Position numbers and translations under genes: made by a program | Notes under the pieces: generated by a model | Databases searched by the model: none | Told to the model about the DNA's origin: nothing | Seen by the model: the letters and a program-made list of their open reading frames with translations, nothing else | Assembly (NCBI GenBank): GCA_015680685.1 | Contig: MNCI01002855.1 | Location: 140,328 to 204,327, forward strand | DNA from: Gnetum montanum | Taxonomy: Eukaryota; Plantae; Gnetophyta | DNA: 64,000 bases | Direction of reading: 5' to 3' | Shown: positions 25,201 to 36,769 of the stretch, piece by piece | Layout of the letters: each line of letters starts with the position of its first letter | Numbering within the stretch: position 1 is the stretch's first letter

Positions 25201-28032
25201 TAACCCAAGGCTTTGACAACTACTCACGGTTCTATATGACCCATCACTAATTATCACGTACTAGTAAGAGCTTCGCAAACCTTTGCAAATACCTTGTGAA
25301 GAATGCAAAGTATACGTGAGACTTGGCCTGGAGGTTGAAGCGTAGCTTGGTGATCTCTTCATGCAAGCCAATGGCAATGTAGGAGGCCCAATTGAATCTC
25401 ATGCCCTCTTGCAGCACCTCTCTCACCACCTGTGCTTGCTCCACCCCAAGGATTTTTCCTTGGAAGAGCAACTTCGAGAAGGCATGAGCGTAGAATAAAG
25501 GGTAGAGCTCCTAGACCTCAAGCACAAGCACATCTTTAATTGGGATGCCCTTGTGAGATCGAGTGGCCCCCAACTAGTCCTTAGTCTCTCCTTTATGGTC
25601 TAGCTCCCTATTGGCCTTATCAATGACCAATGGGCCATCAGTGGGGAGGCCAAAGAGGTTAGCAAATAAGGCCTCATTGAGGTCTATAACTACCCTCACA
25701 TTGCATACTTAGGTGACAAGATGTCAGACGTCACTGCTGAAGGAGTCTATGATGGTGACCATTTCAACCATTGGAATGCTTGGGCTAAGGGCCAAGAAAA
25801 GGTCCATCAACCTAGCACGTGTGAGCCTACTGGTCAACTCATCTGAGGCCTAGTGGCACAACCAATGCTATGCACCTTCTACATCACCATATTTCACGAT
25901 GAGGATGGCCTCAGTGCAGCATATGGTGACCATCATCACCTTCTTGAAGTAATTGCCGCTGCAATAAAGGCAAAAACAATGTTAACACCATGTAAGGGCA
26001 AATCAACAAGCATATGTGAGCAAGCATAAGAACTAAACAGTAAATGCTTACATGATACAAATGGAGTGTGGGATGGAGGTGGTGGTATAAGCATCTTCTC
26101 GATATTAATCTCACCACTAGCCCATTCCTCATCTAGCCAATCATGGATCTTGCACTGCTCGAATGCCCTTAGGTACTACGTAGGGTAGGACCCTAGATCA
26201 ACTCCCACCTACTCAAATATAGCCTCCTGAAAGGTTGGGCTAGACGACATTACCTCTATGACAGTATGAGTCAAGGCAACAGCATCCCTCTCATTGTGTA
26301 GACCTTGCTTGTCAACTATGAATCTGACAACAAGCATGACCAGTTAGCAACTTAGCGTGAGCCAATAGTAAAGAACATGACGCAAAAAACCATAAGAGTA
26401 CTCACCCTCCGACATAGTATATAGTTCTAGGTGGGTTTTGAAACAAAGTGTGCATGCACAGAGCAATAAAGAGGATGTTGCTCTTGTTGTAATAAGAGAA
26501 CTCAGGCATTTGCCAAATCCTGAATAAAGGTCAAGTGCTCTTGGAACCTTCAATTTGTGTTGGTTTTACCATTTCTACAGTATTTTTTTATTCTGTTTGG
26601 ATTTCTTTATTTGATGTTTACTCTTCTTAGATTCATAAAATCTGTGAACTAACATTTTGAAATGGTCAATATCTACGAACTCATGAATCAACCATGCCCT
26701 AAAACAAATCACAGTTAGTCATAAAACAACCAATCACATGCCCTAAAACAATCATAGTTAGTCATAAAACAACCAATCACAATTAGTCATAGTTATAAAA
26801 CAATACAATCATGGTACAAAGATGTGCTTATGAATTTATTCAGTGATCATGTTATTACAAGTCATAATTCACCTTGTACTTTTTCACTCTATCAAGATGT
26901 GAAATGAAGTTGAAAAGTAGAAAGAATCATAGTGTAGGGATGTGCTTATAGATTTATATAACGACAAGTCATAATTCACCTTGTCCATTTTAGGAAATCC
27001 ACTTCGTTAACTGGATCTTTTTCCCTCACACTATCATTATTCCTAGATCTTATGTTTTCAAAAGCAAAAGCATTTGGAGGGCCTAGCAAATTCTACACTT
27101 TTATATAGATTAAACTAATGTCAACATCAATTTTACTCCTCTCTAAATTGTGTTCATGGTGGTTACCTTTGTCGCTTGTTCCCCTTGTCGTTACGAATGC
27201 TAAGGTTGCCACCTCTTAGTTTCATAAAGGAGTTATTTCTTTGAGCTCTCTTAGACTTGCGAATCAATTGATTTTTTGGGTTATGTTTAATAATTTGTAT
27301 GGGATGTCTAAAGCAATGCACCATTGCTTGGCTTGGGTTTATATCTTTATTCATTGTCATTTGCCGTTGGATGTTTTAGTGCACTTTTCATAGCCTTCAA
27401 TAGATTAATAGGTTGAAACTTCCACCTTATAAGCCACATGTCTTACTCTTGCATAACTCATCATGTATTATTCAACAACGTAACAACAACGTAACAAGTA
27501 TTGGCACAAATAAGGGTGAAAACAATTTTGAATCTCCATCTTCCAACGTATTTGGAAACTACAGCCTCAGTTTCCGGTGTCCTTTTTCCCTGTAACAAGA
27601 TGTGGAATAAAGTTGAAATGCAGAAATAGTTTATGGATATGAGTCGAGCATGAGTAAGCCTGGTATTCTGGGCAGCGTGATTTATGATAACGATGAAAAA
27701 CAATGCGACGACCTTCCGTGCCGCTGTCGCATGCAGTGAAATTTGAGCATGGCGTTTTTCAACTTAATATTATAAAATCACCCACCACACTCTCCGGTAC
27801 GGTTTTCTTGTTCAAATTCTGCAGCGTTGCCGCGGTGAAAAAATCGTGGGCACATTTTTGCATTAACTTGACCAAGTGGCCATGGCCATGAAACTAGGGC
27901 TATGGCAGGTAAACAATGCTGTCAATGGTAATATTTCTGTCCAGCACGAAATGCAGATGGCCATAGTCTGCTATAACGGCGGAAATTCATACCATGTGAC
28001 GAAGCCCTAAATCGATTTTCCAAACTAAGAGG

Positions 28033-28152
28033 GTGTCGGACCGCAAAAAAGAAGTTTCATTAAATATTAAAAGAGTATCAAGTACATCAATCGTGTCGGA
28101 CCTCAAAAAAGAAGTTTTATTAAATATTAAAAGAGTATCAAGTACATCAATC
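28033..28152. repeat. 60-bp tandem duplication
   Basis: GTGTCGGACC..AAAAAAGAAGTTT.ATTAAATATTAAAAGAGTATCAAGTACATCAATC x2. Confidence 0.9.
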
Positions 28153-29017
28153 ACATTAAGTCAGAGAGTTAAAAGAGATTTTCCAAACTATGGCACAGGT
28201 GGCATAATTGTTGTTGGGAAAATTTTGAGGCGCTTGAAAACAAGAAACGGTGAAAACTCAGAATGATAGTAATGGTTGCTGTTGCGTCAAGCAATGAACC
28301 ATTACTGCCACTCATGTGGAGAAGTTTATTTTGGCCGCGATTTTTTATGATGACCATTTTATTTTAATTTTTAAGTGAAACTAATGGTCGCCCATTTGTC
28401 ATGGGTTTATATCATGGGCATAATGACATGAGCATATAAATCACAATCAGTTTGCAAAGATACAATGCTATGGAGATTTTAGTAAACTAATTTTCATAAC
28501 GAGCTGCATAGTATTACTTAATATAAAGGCATTTGCTAGCAGGAGAACTCCTTTTCTGCTAATCAGGGTATTAATGGTTTTCTTTGATTTTATTATGTCT
28601 ATTTTCTTATGCTTATTTGCATAGTTGTTTCTTTTCTGCGCTTGGGCATTCATCCTGCTACTGCTGTCTAAAAAACAGCAGGTTAAGTTTCTTTTGCAGA
28701 GCATGTGAAGGTTGATGATCCAGCAACAAAAGTCAAACACGGTGCAGGCTTCCCAATCCCATTTATATTGATTTTTGCTGGGCTTTCTCAATCCCATTTA
28801 TATTGAACAGAGTAGCATGACATTTGAAATTAAAAGTGAAATTTGAAGTTTAAAGTTTCTTAAGAGTAAGTTGAAAGCTTGGATACATTTTTTAAGTTCC
28901 TGGTAACATCAGCCAAAAAACCATCTATAATAATGAAACTTAGACATCCATAGACCAAAAATGATCTATTGTATAGAAAGTACACTCATTTCGTGAAAAA
29001 TAAAAATAAATTCAAAA

Positions 29018-30760
29018 TTATTCGGTAACATTGTTGCTTAGTTCCAGTACTGTGTTTGCTCTCTCCATTCCCTGGTATAACTTTTGCATTGCATCTTTCA
29101 CAGTATCTTTGTAGATTTCATATATGATAGCAGCTATAGATGTTATGAAAGCATAGTCTACATTTTCTCGTAGGTGGATGTCCATTGCATCTATATCTCC
29201 GTGTGAGCCAATTTGCATATTCATCTGTCGAAGTTGAAAATGATAATTACAGTCATTAGCAAAATCAACTTAAAAAAATTATAGAGTTGCAAGCAGCACC
29301 TCACTTCCACTTATGAAAAGCTAAACATATCAATCTTTGTTCTATTAAACTTTGTTATATAAGCGCTTAATATATTACATTTAAAATTTGGCTAATACTT
29401 TAGGAAATTTTAAAATTTGGCTAATACTTTAGGGAATTTTGGAAAACTCTATTTTTTATGATATAATTTTTATTTTTTATTTTTTTGGGTATTAGTGGAA
29501 CCTTAGCCCAACTTCTAAAGGAAAAAAAGTTGATTTATTCTAAATGTTAGAAAATTGCTTTTAAGATGTACCTTTTTACTGTCCAATAGACTCAAAAGGT
29601 ATATAGAATTTATAAAATTTGAATTTCATTTTCAATGTCATGACAAGAAGTTAGCAGAACAGAAATTACAATTACAACCCCAAGTTCCGGAATTTAACTA
29701 TAACATAGTTCCAACTATAATTAATTATAATGAATGAAAAGACGAAATGTAACATGATTTTTTTTTTCTTTTTGGGTTTGCTTGGGAGTTTTTTAGATGG
29801 GTAAAATGATACAGTGAAGTTGCGGGTGGATTGTTAATCATGTGCTTACGGATCTTTACGCTATTTTTCTGTTTCAAATCAAAATTTAATATTAAAAGAT
29901 TGGCTTAATTCTATTCTAAGGATTTGGAGGTAATAAGACTGTACTGTGTGTAATTCTGTGTAATTTATAAAAAAAAAAAACCTTTTTTCGTTTCAAATCT
30001 AAATTTGGTAGCTGGATGGCTAAATACAGAGAAATTAACCAACCTCTGCAAAGATTGTATCACTGGAAGTGAACTGGAAGATTCCCTGCTTCAAACAAGC
30101 AACTCTAACATTGGGATGTGAATCATCATGAGGGCCGCCACCCAGAAATACGTCAACAATTGGCCTCTCATGCTTAGATGAGGATGTTACAAATGACACA
30201 TCATCTGAACTACTTTTCAATAATGATCTCTCTGCTTTCCCTTTGATTCCCAGCCATGAGTCCTCGCCAAATGCCTGCATAATTCTATTTATTAAGTAAG
30301 AGGCAAAAAGTAGCCATTCAAAACAGACAAATTAAGCAAAAAGGTTTATTTTCTGGGCTTCAATGCTAAATAAAAAGGATCTCTTGAAGCCTCAATAATA
30401 ATAATTTCTGCAAGCAGGCCCAAGAGGGTCCATGAATGGGCGAAAACCAAGCTTACTCTTTTTAAGTGGTTGCCCTTAACCTTAAAAATTAAGTAAACAC
30501 AGTATACTTAATAACATGCCATCTGGGAAAAAGATTTGTATTAGTACCGTCTCCGCTTTGAGAGTAAAGATAGGATTGTTTGACACATCACTGATTATGG
30601 TGCGGTGATGAAAGGAGGTGGAACTGCTTGAAATATCAAGAAGAAACTTATTGTTTGCATTGTTGATGGCACTGAATCCTCCTCCTTTTTTCTTCAACAA
30701 TGTTATGACAATGGGTGTTGCGCTGCAAAAACTTTCCCCGGAAACTATAAGCATTGCCAT
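29018..30760 (-). CDS. LURP-one-related (LOR / tubby C-terminal-like) protein, 216 aa; exons 30760-30548, 30274-30044, 29224-29018
   Basis: Three exons joined by two phase-0 GT-AG introns give an open frame of 71+77+68 aa. Motifs V..SFCS..P..I.L.KK, ISD.SNNPIFTLK, VDVFL, IFAEM and ENVDYAFI.SI..I..EI match the LOR family pattern and its usual exon layout. Confidence 0.88.
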
Positions 30761-30802
30761 TCTGTTCTAAGCTTCTTGTTGTGGACTACCAATCAATTGT
30801 AA

Positions 30803-30878
30803 GTATTTATATAGTAATATAACAATGCGTTTAAGTATGCAATCTCTTTCTGAACAAGACAACCATAAAAACTTGACC
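30803..30878 (-). promoter_or_regulatory. Candidate core promoter of the LOR gene: TATA box and W-box
   Basis: CTATATAAATAC on the minus strand at ~30803-30814, about 45 bp upstream of the ATG; TTGACC at 30873-30878. Confidence 0.55.
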
Positions 30879-30953
30879 TTCCTGTTAGTGGCTTCAAGAT
30901 TGTCAAGATTGTCATAATGATATACTTTAGTGGTGGAGCTTTATCTTTTTTTC

Positions 30954-31131
30954 CCTTTAATCATGAGAAGACACATTGGTTTTTCTTTCCATTCAAAGCG
31001 ATTCTTTGAGGGACCCTTAATCATGACAAGACACTGTTTTTTCTTCCCATTCAAAAAGATTCTTTGAGGGACCTTTAATCATGACAAGACACTTTGTTTT
31101 TCCTTCCCACTCAAAGAGATTCTGAGGGACC
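30954..31131. repeat. ~59-bp tandem repeat x3 upstream of LOR gene
   Basis: CCTTTAATCATGACAAGACAC...CCATTCAAA..GATTCTTTGAGGGAC repeated three times. Confidence 0.9.
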
Positions 31132-31914
31132 ATAGGACCCTGGCCCTAAGACTTCACTTGGCAGCTACTTAAAAAAAGGAGATGAAGCATAGAAGAATGA
31201 ACATGGAACCTTTAGATAATGTCATGGATAATGAAAGATATGATAGTCTATGAAAATCAAAGCCGCCACGCAGGAGTTTGGGCAGGCTTGCTTCTGAGGA
31301 CTCTACAGTACTGTCCATCAATTTTGATCCATGAGTGGCGCACTATTTGTGTATGTTTTTGAACACATTCACATGCATTTACATTGCAGATAATTAATTT
31401 GATTTTCTATCATTGCAGCTATGTGGTTGAGGCAAAAATACAATATTACTGCAAACAATTTGTATGATTCTTTTTTATATATCCAATGGTGATGATTAGT
31501 TGAGTTAATTTTGGTTTTCCATAATATGAATGTACTGGCTAATAGATCCTATGAGTCTACTAACTTAATAAGATCTTAGTTTCAATTTCATAAATAGATT
31601 TCTTGCCATCTTTATTTTTTACAGAAGAGGTTGAATTAATAAACATTTTAACTCTATATATAGATTCATGGGTGTTCTGCAATGCATTGGTTAAGATTTT
31701 TTTTTACAAGGGAGCTTGCGGTTGGATACCTCTATTCCTTACCATGATACATGGACTCCTATCCCTTCCCAATCACAAGTTAGAAGGGCATAAAAAAAAT
31801 ATTTCTTTAACGCCAATAAATTAGTGGGATTTTGTCAAGCAAAATTGTAAAATAGATATAAATTATAAGACTAATAATTTTTTTAAAAAATCATATAATC
31901 TTCAATTGATAGGG

Positions 31915-32350
31915 ATGGGTTCTTACAATACTGGAAGTCCAAGTCAACCCATGTTCTTACCCTTGAGGGTATTGATCCTAGTCTAAATTGCCCCTATTTT
32001 GAGATGATGTTCTTATCCTCAAGAGTAACTTGGCAAATTAGACAAATTTTTAAACAAGCCATGCTAATTGCCAAGGTAGAAACCACTGGTAGGGATGAGT
32101 TCTTATAGGACTAGTAGACTAGTTTGTTGTTTATCTTAAAAAGCACCAAAAGTCCAAGCTAGACTGATGTTCTTATCCTTGAGGGTATTGATTGTAGTTT
32201 ATCTTAGAAAATGCCAAAAGATAGGACAAAGTTTTAAACAAAACAACCTAACCACGGAGGTAGAAAATACTAGTAGACCAATTTATTATTGATCTTAAAA
32301 AGCACCAGAAGTCCAAGCTAGATCAATGTTCTTATCCTCAAGAGTACCTT
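31915..32350. repeat. Degenerate internal repeats
   Basis: GTTCTTATCCT(T/C)(G/A)AG(G/A)GTA and AAGTCCAAGCTAGA units recur several times. Confidence 0.6.
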
Positions 32351-33899
32351 GGCTACTCTCATTCTTTGATGGAAGAAAGAAAATTATGGTAAAAATAAGC
32401 ACTATAGGAAGTCTAGCTTTGCAACACTAGCAATTTGTAGCATAGAACATTTGTTGAGGAAATGTAGAATGGTAGAGGCCTATTTCAAATCCTTGTATAT
32501 TATTGAAGTTTTATTACGTAATAAACTTAAAAAATATCAAACATTACATTTGTATTATTAAAATTAAATATTGAGACACAACAAAGTAGCCAACTAATAG
32601 TGGATTTAACAAGAAAAAATCGTATGTTCTTTTTGTTACAATATTATGTTTTTGTCTCAAATTTTCAATGTGAAGGTGATTAAGAAAAACATGTTGCTCA
32701 TCTTCATGATCTTTTAACCCACAGAATCTACATTTACATTCTTCTCTAGAAATTTACATCTATCTTTTACTTTCTATTTTAAGATAATGAAAATGCAACA
32801 TCTTATTAGAAGTATAATGAGCTCCTGAATTTAACTAATTACCTTTTATGCATTCTAATTTTTGTGGTTTGGGTTACTTTGGATCTCCTCTATTAAGATA
32901 TCCCAAGTCTTCAAGCATTGCATCTCTTAAAAATACCATCCATGCTTTTTTGGACCTTTAAGAACTATTGTTTAAAATTTGTTTTGTTTTGTTTTGGCTA
33001 ATTTCTTAGTATAAGCAATGAATTAACAAATAGCTTCTACTTCTAAAGGAAGTAAATTACACTAACAAAATCATGGAATAAGGTGTTGGAACTTTCACCT
33101 TTAATTCATCAAGTAAAAAACTATCTTATGTACACTTTCATTAGCCTTCCAATTTTTTGTACTAAATCCTTGTCCTCAAACTATGCATCTATATAACATT
33201 ATAGGATAAATGATTAGTTCAAAGATTTGTTTTTTGACCTTCCAAGCTTAAACTACTTGTAGGAAAACATGCCTTCTTGGTGGATCGAATGTTGTTTTCT
33301 TCTAAAATGAGGGCCAAAGGAGCATGAAGATCCTTATGAGTTTCATGCTATCTTAACCATCACCAAAGAACCAGATGACCTTGATTGCTTGTAAATCTCT
33401 TCACAAGGATATGTAGGCTTACTGGGGAAGTTTTTCCACTTTAGCTCAGGCCACTGCCCCACTATATAGAGTGGGGCTTAGGGCTAGTTTGCATAACCTA
33501 GGATCAGTCTTCATGAGGTGTCATGGTGTTTAGGTTTGGGGTCATGTTGTATGTTGGTGTGTCATACTTGTGTGTATATGTTTTTCCTAGGTCTTTATGT
33601 GTGTACATTGCCTAAAGCATTCTCACCATGTTTCTAAAAATCTTCTAATAAGTGCCATGACTCTATTGTGCTTGCAAGCATTGTGAACATTAAGGCATGG
33701 TTCACCTTGAGTCCACTCTCCTTTCATAGCTAATTCGGGACTCTTGCATGGTGTTGTGCAATGCTTTTCAAGGGTAGTGTCATAACACTCCTAATGCCTT
33801 ACATTTATTTTTAATTATATAGACAGCTTTTATTCCTCCTGCTATTCTTTTTTTAATGCATTTATCCCATCTTAATTATTCACTTATTGAAGATTCAAG

Positions 33900-36178
33900 T
33901 CTCTAAAAAAGTCCACATTTTGTATATTTTGATCATTAATTTTAAAATTATACTATGTGTTTCTTATGTCCCATATCATCATTTTAGTTTTCTATACATC
34001 AATATGCAAACCAAAAGAAATACAAAATTATTCTAAAATTTGTAGCATATTAAATATACCTTTCTCAAAAGTAGATATTAAAGTAGCATCATCTACATAA
34101 AGAAGTAGGTGCATTGCTTGGGAACCTAGTTTTGCCACATGTCTATGTTGTCCATTGCAGATATGTTGTACCCACTTTGGCTTTTCTACAAGTTAGAGTT
34201 CTAAATACACTTAACATCTTCAGTAGTACAAGTTTAGCTAAAAAGCCCCAATTATGATACCCTGCATCGTCACCGGTGTCATTATTAGGCATCATTTCTA
34301 GAATATTCAAAATTTAAAGTCCTAAGTAATCCATAATATCATTTTTGGTTACTTGTCTTCAGGCTCCAATTTCAACATGCAACATCCTCTTTTGTGTTGA
34401 TTTTGACTTGCAATTTCAACATTGATCTTACTTCATGTCATTTTTCAACACTTTTAGTTTTGATGTTGTTCTTGACTTCTAATGTTCTTCTACCTTTTGA
34501 TACCAAGCATTACTCTTTTGCATCAACTTCAACTTCATATGTCATTTCTTCTATTCTAGAAGTTTTTGTGGTTCCTAATTCACAATTCCTTTATGATCTA
34601 TGAGGCATTTTTGACCTATAAATAGGAGCACATTCCCAATCAAGAAGGGGTTGGACATCTCAAAAAGAAAGAGAATATTAGACAACATCGTTCTTAGCAA
34701 TGGCATCTTTTTAATCATCAAAATGTCTAAGCACTTCTAACCATTTCCAAAGAACTTGATGTTCCTTTTGTCTTTCTCTATTGGCAGATATTATATCTGC
34801 ATCATGTTATCCTCCTAACTCATGATGATTTTATTTGGATTTGGATCCACACATCAATCCAATTCAACACTTTCCCTATCTTGTCAGTTTCACCTCTACA
34901 ATAGCTTTGTCTCTTGAGTGAGATTTTTCATTAAGTGTATATGTCAAAGAGAAATAAGGCAATGAAGCTCCTCATATTTTGTCTCTAATCCTCAATTTAA
35001 TCTCTAGGATTGTTGTTGCTCTTTTCTAGGTTCTTCCTTGGTTACTTTCTTTGTTCTTTTATAGAATTTGTTTACATCATGCTTTGTAACGTTTGATTTA
35101 GCAATAAAATTTATTTAAATAGTTCCTAGATCTAGTATTTGTTATGCTATAGATTTTATTGTACCTTATCTTTCTTGCATTGATTCTAAGGGTTTGATTT
35201 GCTCTTCTCTTTTGAGATTCTTGTCTTGTGCATGAAATAAGAATAGTCTACCTACATCTACATCTAAACACCTAACAAATGTTTACATTGCATTACTGTC
35301 ATCTTTGCAATTTAAAAATATTTATATCTTCGATTTGTATTTCACACAAATATAACTTAGGTTATTATTTTATTAACGACCTAGAAGTGCCCTTTCAATT
35401 TGAGAATATGTTTTTAGATCGTTTGGTGGGCACAGAATTCCTAGCTCATTTTGTACAAGGTTGTTGTGAACTCAATTATGATAATTTTCACCACAACATT
35501 TTTTTGGCACTATAAGAAGGATTGATTCGATAGAAACTAGGCTTTGTTTCTATAGAATCTGGCAACCAATATGCTTAAGTCATTTTCTATGTGTTTTGTC
35601 ATAACTTTTGATATCATGTTAATAATTCCTATTAAAATGGTGTTTTATCATAACCTATTTATTTTGACATTTGTTTCTATCCTTGGATCTTTTCTTTTTT
35701 AGGAAATCAAAGCATTGGTAACAACCTATATGTATCTATGATTATGAGCAAACCATTTCACGTCATGACATCATCATCAAGCACTAATTTCTTTACACTT
35801 GATATAAGGTGAAACTAGAGATTCCTTGAAGAATTGAGCTAGAGAAACTATAAGATAGCTTGTGCTAAAAGGAAACTTGGTTATGTGTATTCCCTAGAAA
35901 TGTTGAAAATGATGTTGTAATATGAAAGTACTAATAACTTGCTATCTTTTCTACTTGATCAAAACAATCCTATGAAGCTTAATTTTAGTAAAGCAAAAGA
36001 AGTTGTTGAGTTTATTATGGAACAAGAAATGATACATTAGGAGATTTACTTACAAATAGATGAAGCTAGGATGAAGGCCATCCTAGACTAGCCTCTTAAT
36101 CCCAACATCATTGTTAGGGGAAAAAGAGGAAGCATAGCCTTATAGTTTGACATTCATTTGAATGAGGAAGATGAAAAA
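33900..36178 (+). mobile_element. Old Tat/Ogre-type element: 5' LTR remnant, PBS and leader (continues at 57254); left boundary approximate
   Basis: CTATAAATAGG at ~34617. LTR-like end CACCACAACA (35498) is followed by TGGCACTATAAGAAGG (35505-35520), a degenerate tRNA-Asn PBS (TGGCGCTAGAAGGAGG). Confidence 0.55.
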
Positions 36179-36674
36179 TGTAACACCTCGCCCTAGCTAG
36201 GGTAGGGTGGTGCATAGGATCACTAGTAATCTTACAATGAAAGCATGATAAACTAAAAACTAATGATATGTAGAAATGCGTTATATTAAGGAAGGTCAAA
36301 CCACACAACAAACCATGCCAACCCAAAAACTAAACATACATGTCGATTTATAAAACTACATGTCTCTACAAAATCCAATAATCTACACTACTCTTATATG
36401 ATACAAAAGTACATAAACATCAGCATATATATAAAAGAGTGCAAAGAGTTTCATACAAATACATTAACCAACCATTGAAGATTCTTCCCTTCTATACTCT
36501 CTCCCTGCATGCTCGTTTGTGCTCTTGCAACTTCCACTTGTAATTAAACAAAGTCGGTATAAAACTAAGTGGGAAGCCTTTACACTTCCCCTACTAGATA
36601 GTTGACAAGTACTGCATAGGAGGAGAGGAGTGGGGTACAAGGCAACCTGCAACAACTGTTAGTCTTGCACATGC

Positions 36675-36682
<8 letters not shown>

Positions 36683-36710
<28 letters not shown>
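36683..36710. repeat. (AC)14 microsatellite
   Basis: Direct reading. Confidence 0.95.
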
Positions 36711-36769
36711 CATATCACACATATCACTAGAAAAATCATTATCATAGAGAATCTTTACTAGTGAGGAGG

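Larger units (their letters stand above)
11763..26549 (+). repeat. Left copy of composite segmental duplication (partner 41077-49196), interrupted by the 14989-21949 insertion
   Basis: Colinear similarity of roughly 90% by eye from TGAAGATGTCTCTCAACAATAG to ...GAACCT. It spans part of a solo LTR, its CCAAC TSD (12618-12622), Tekay gag, the Met PBS (12914-12925), an LTR piece, Ogre gag-PR and the antisense gene. Confidence 0.93.

Noticed and set aside
27895-28009. TAGGGCT...AGCCCTA as a hAT-type MITE
   Set aside because: Only a 7-bp inverted repeat and no 8-bp TSD (CATGAAAC vs AATCGATT).
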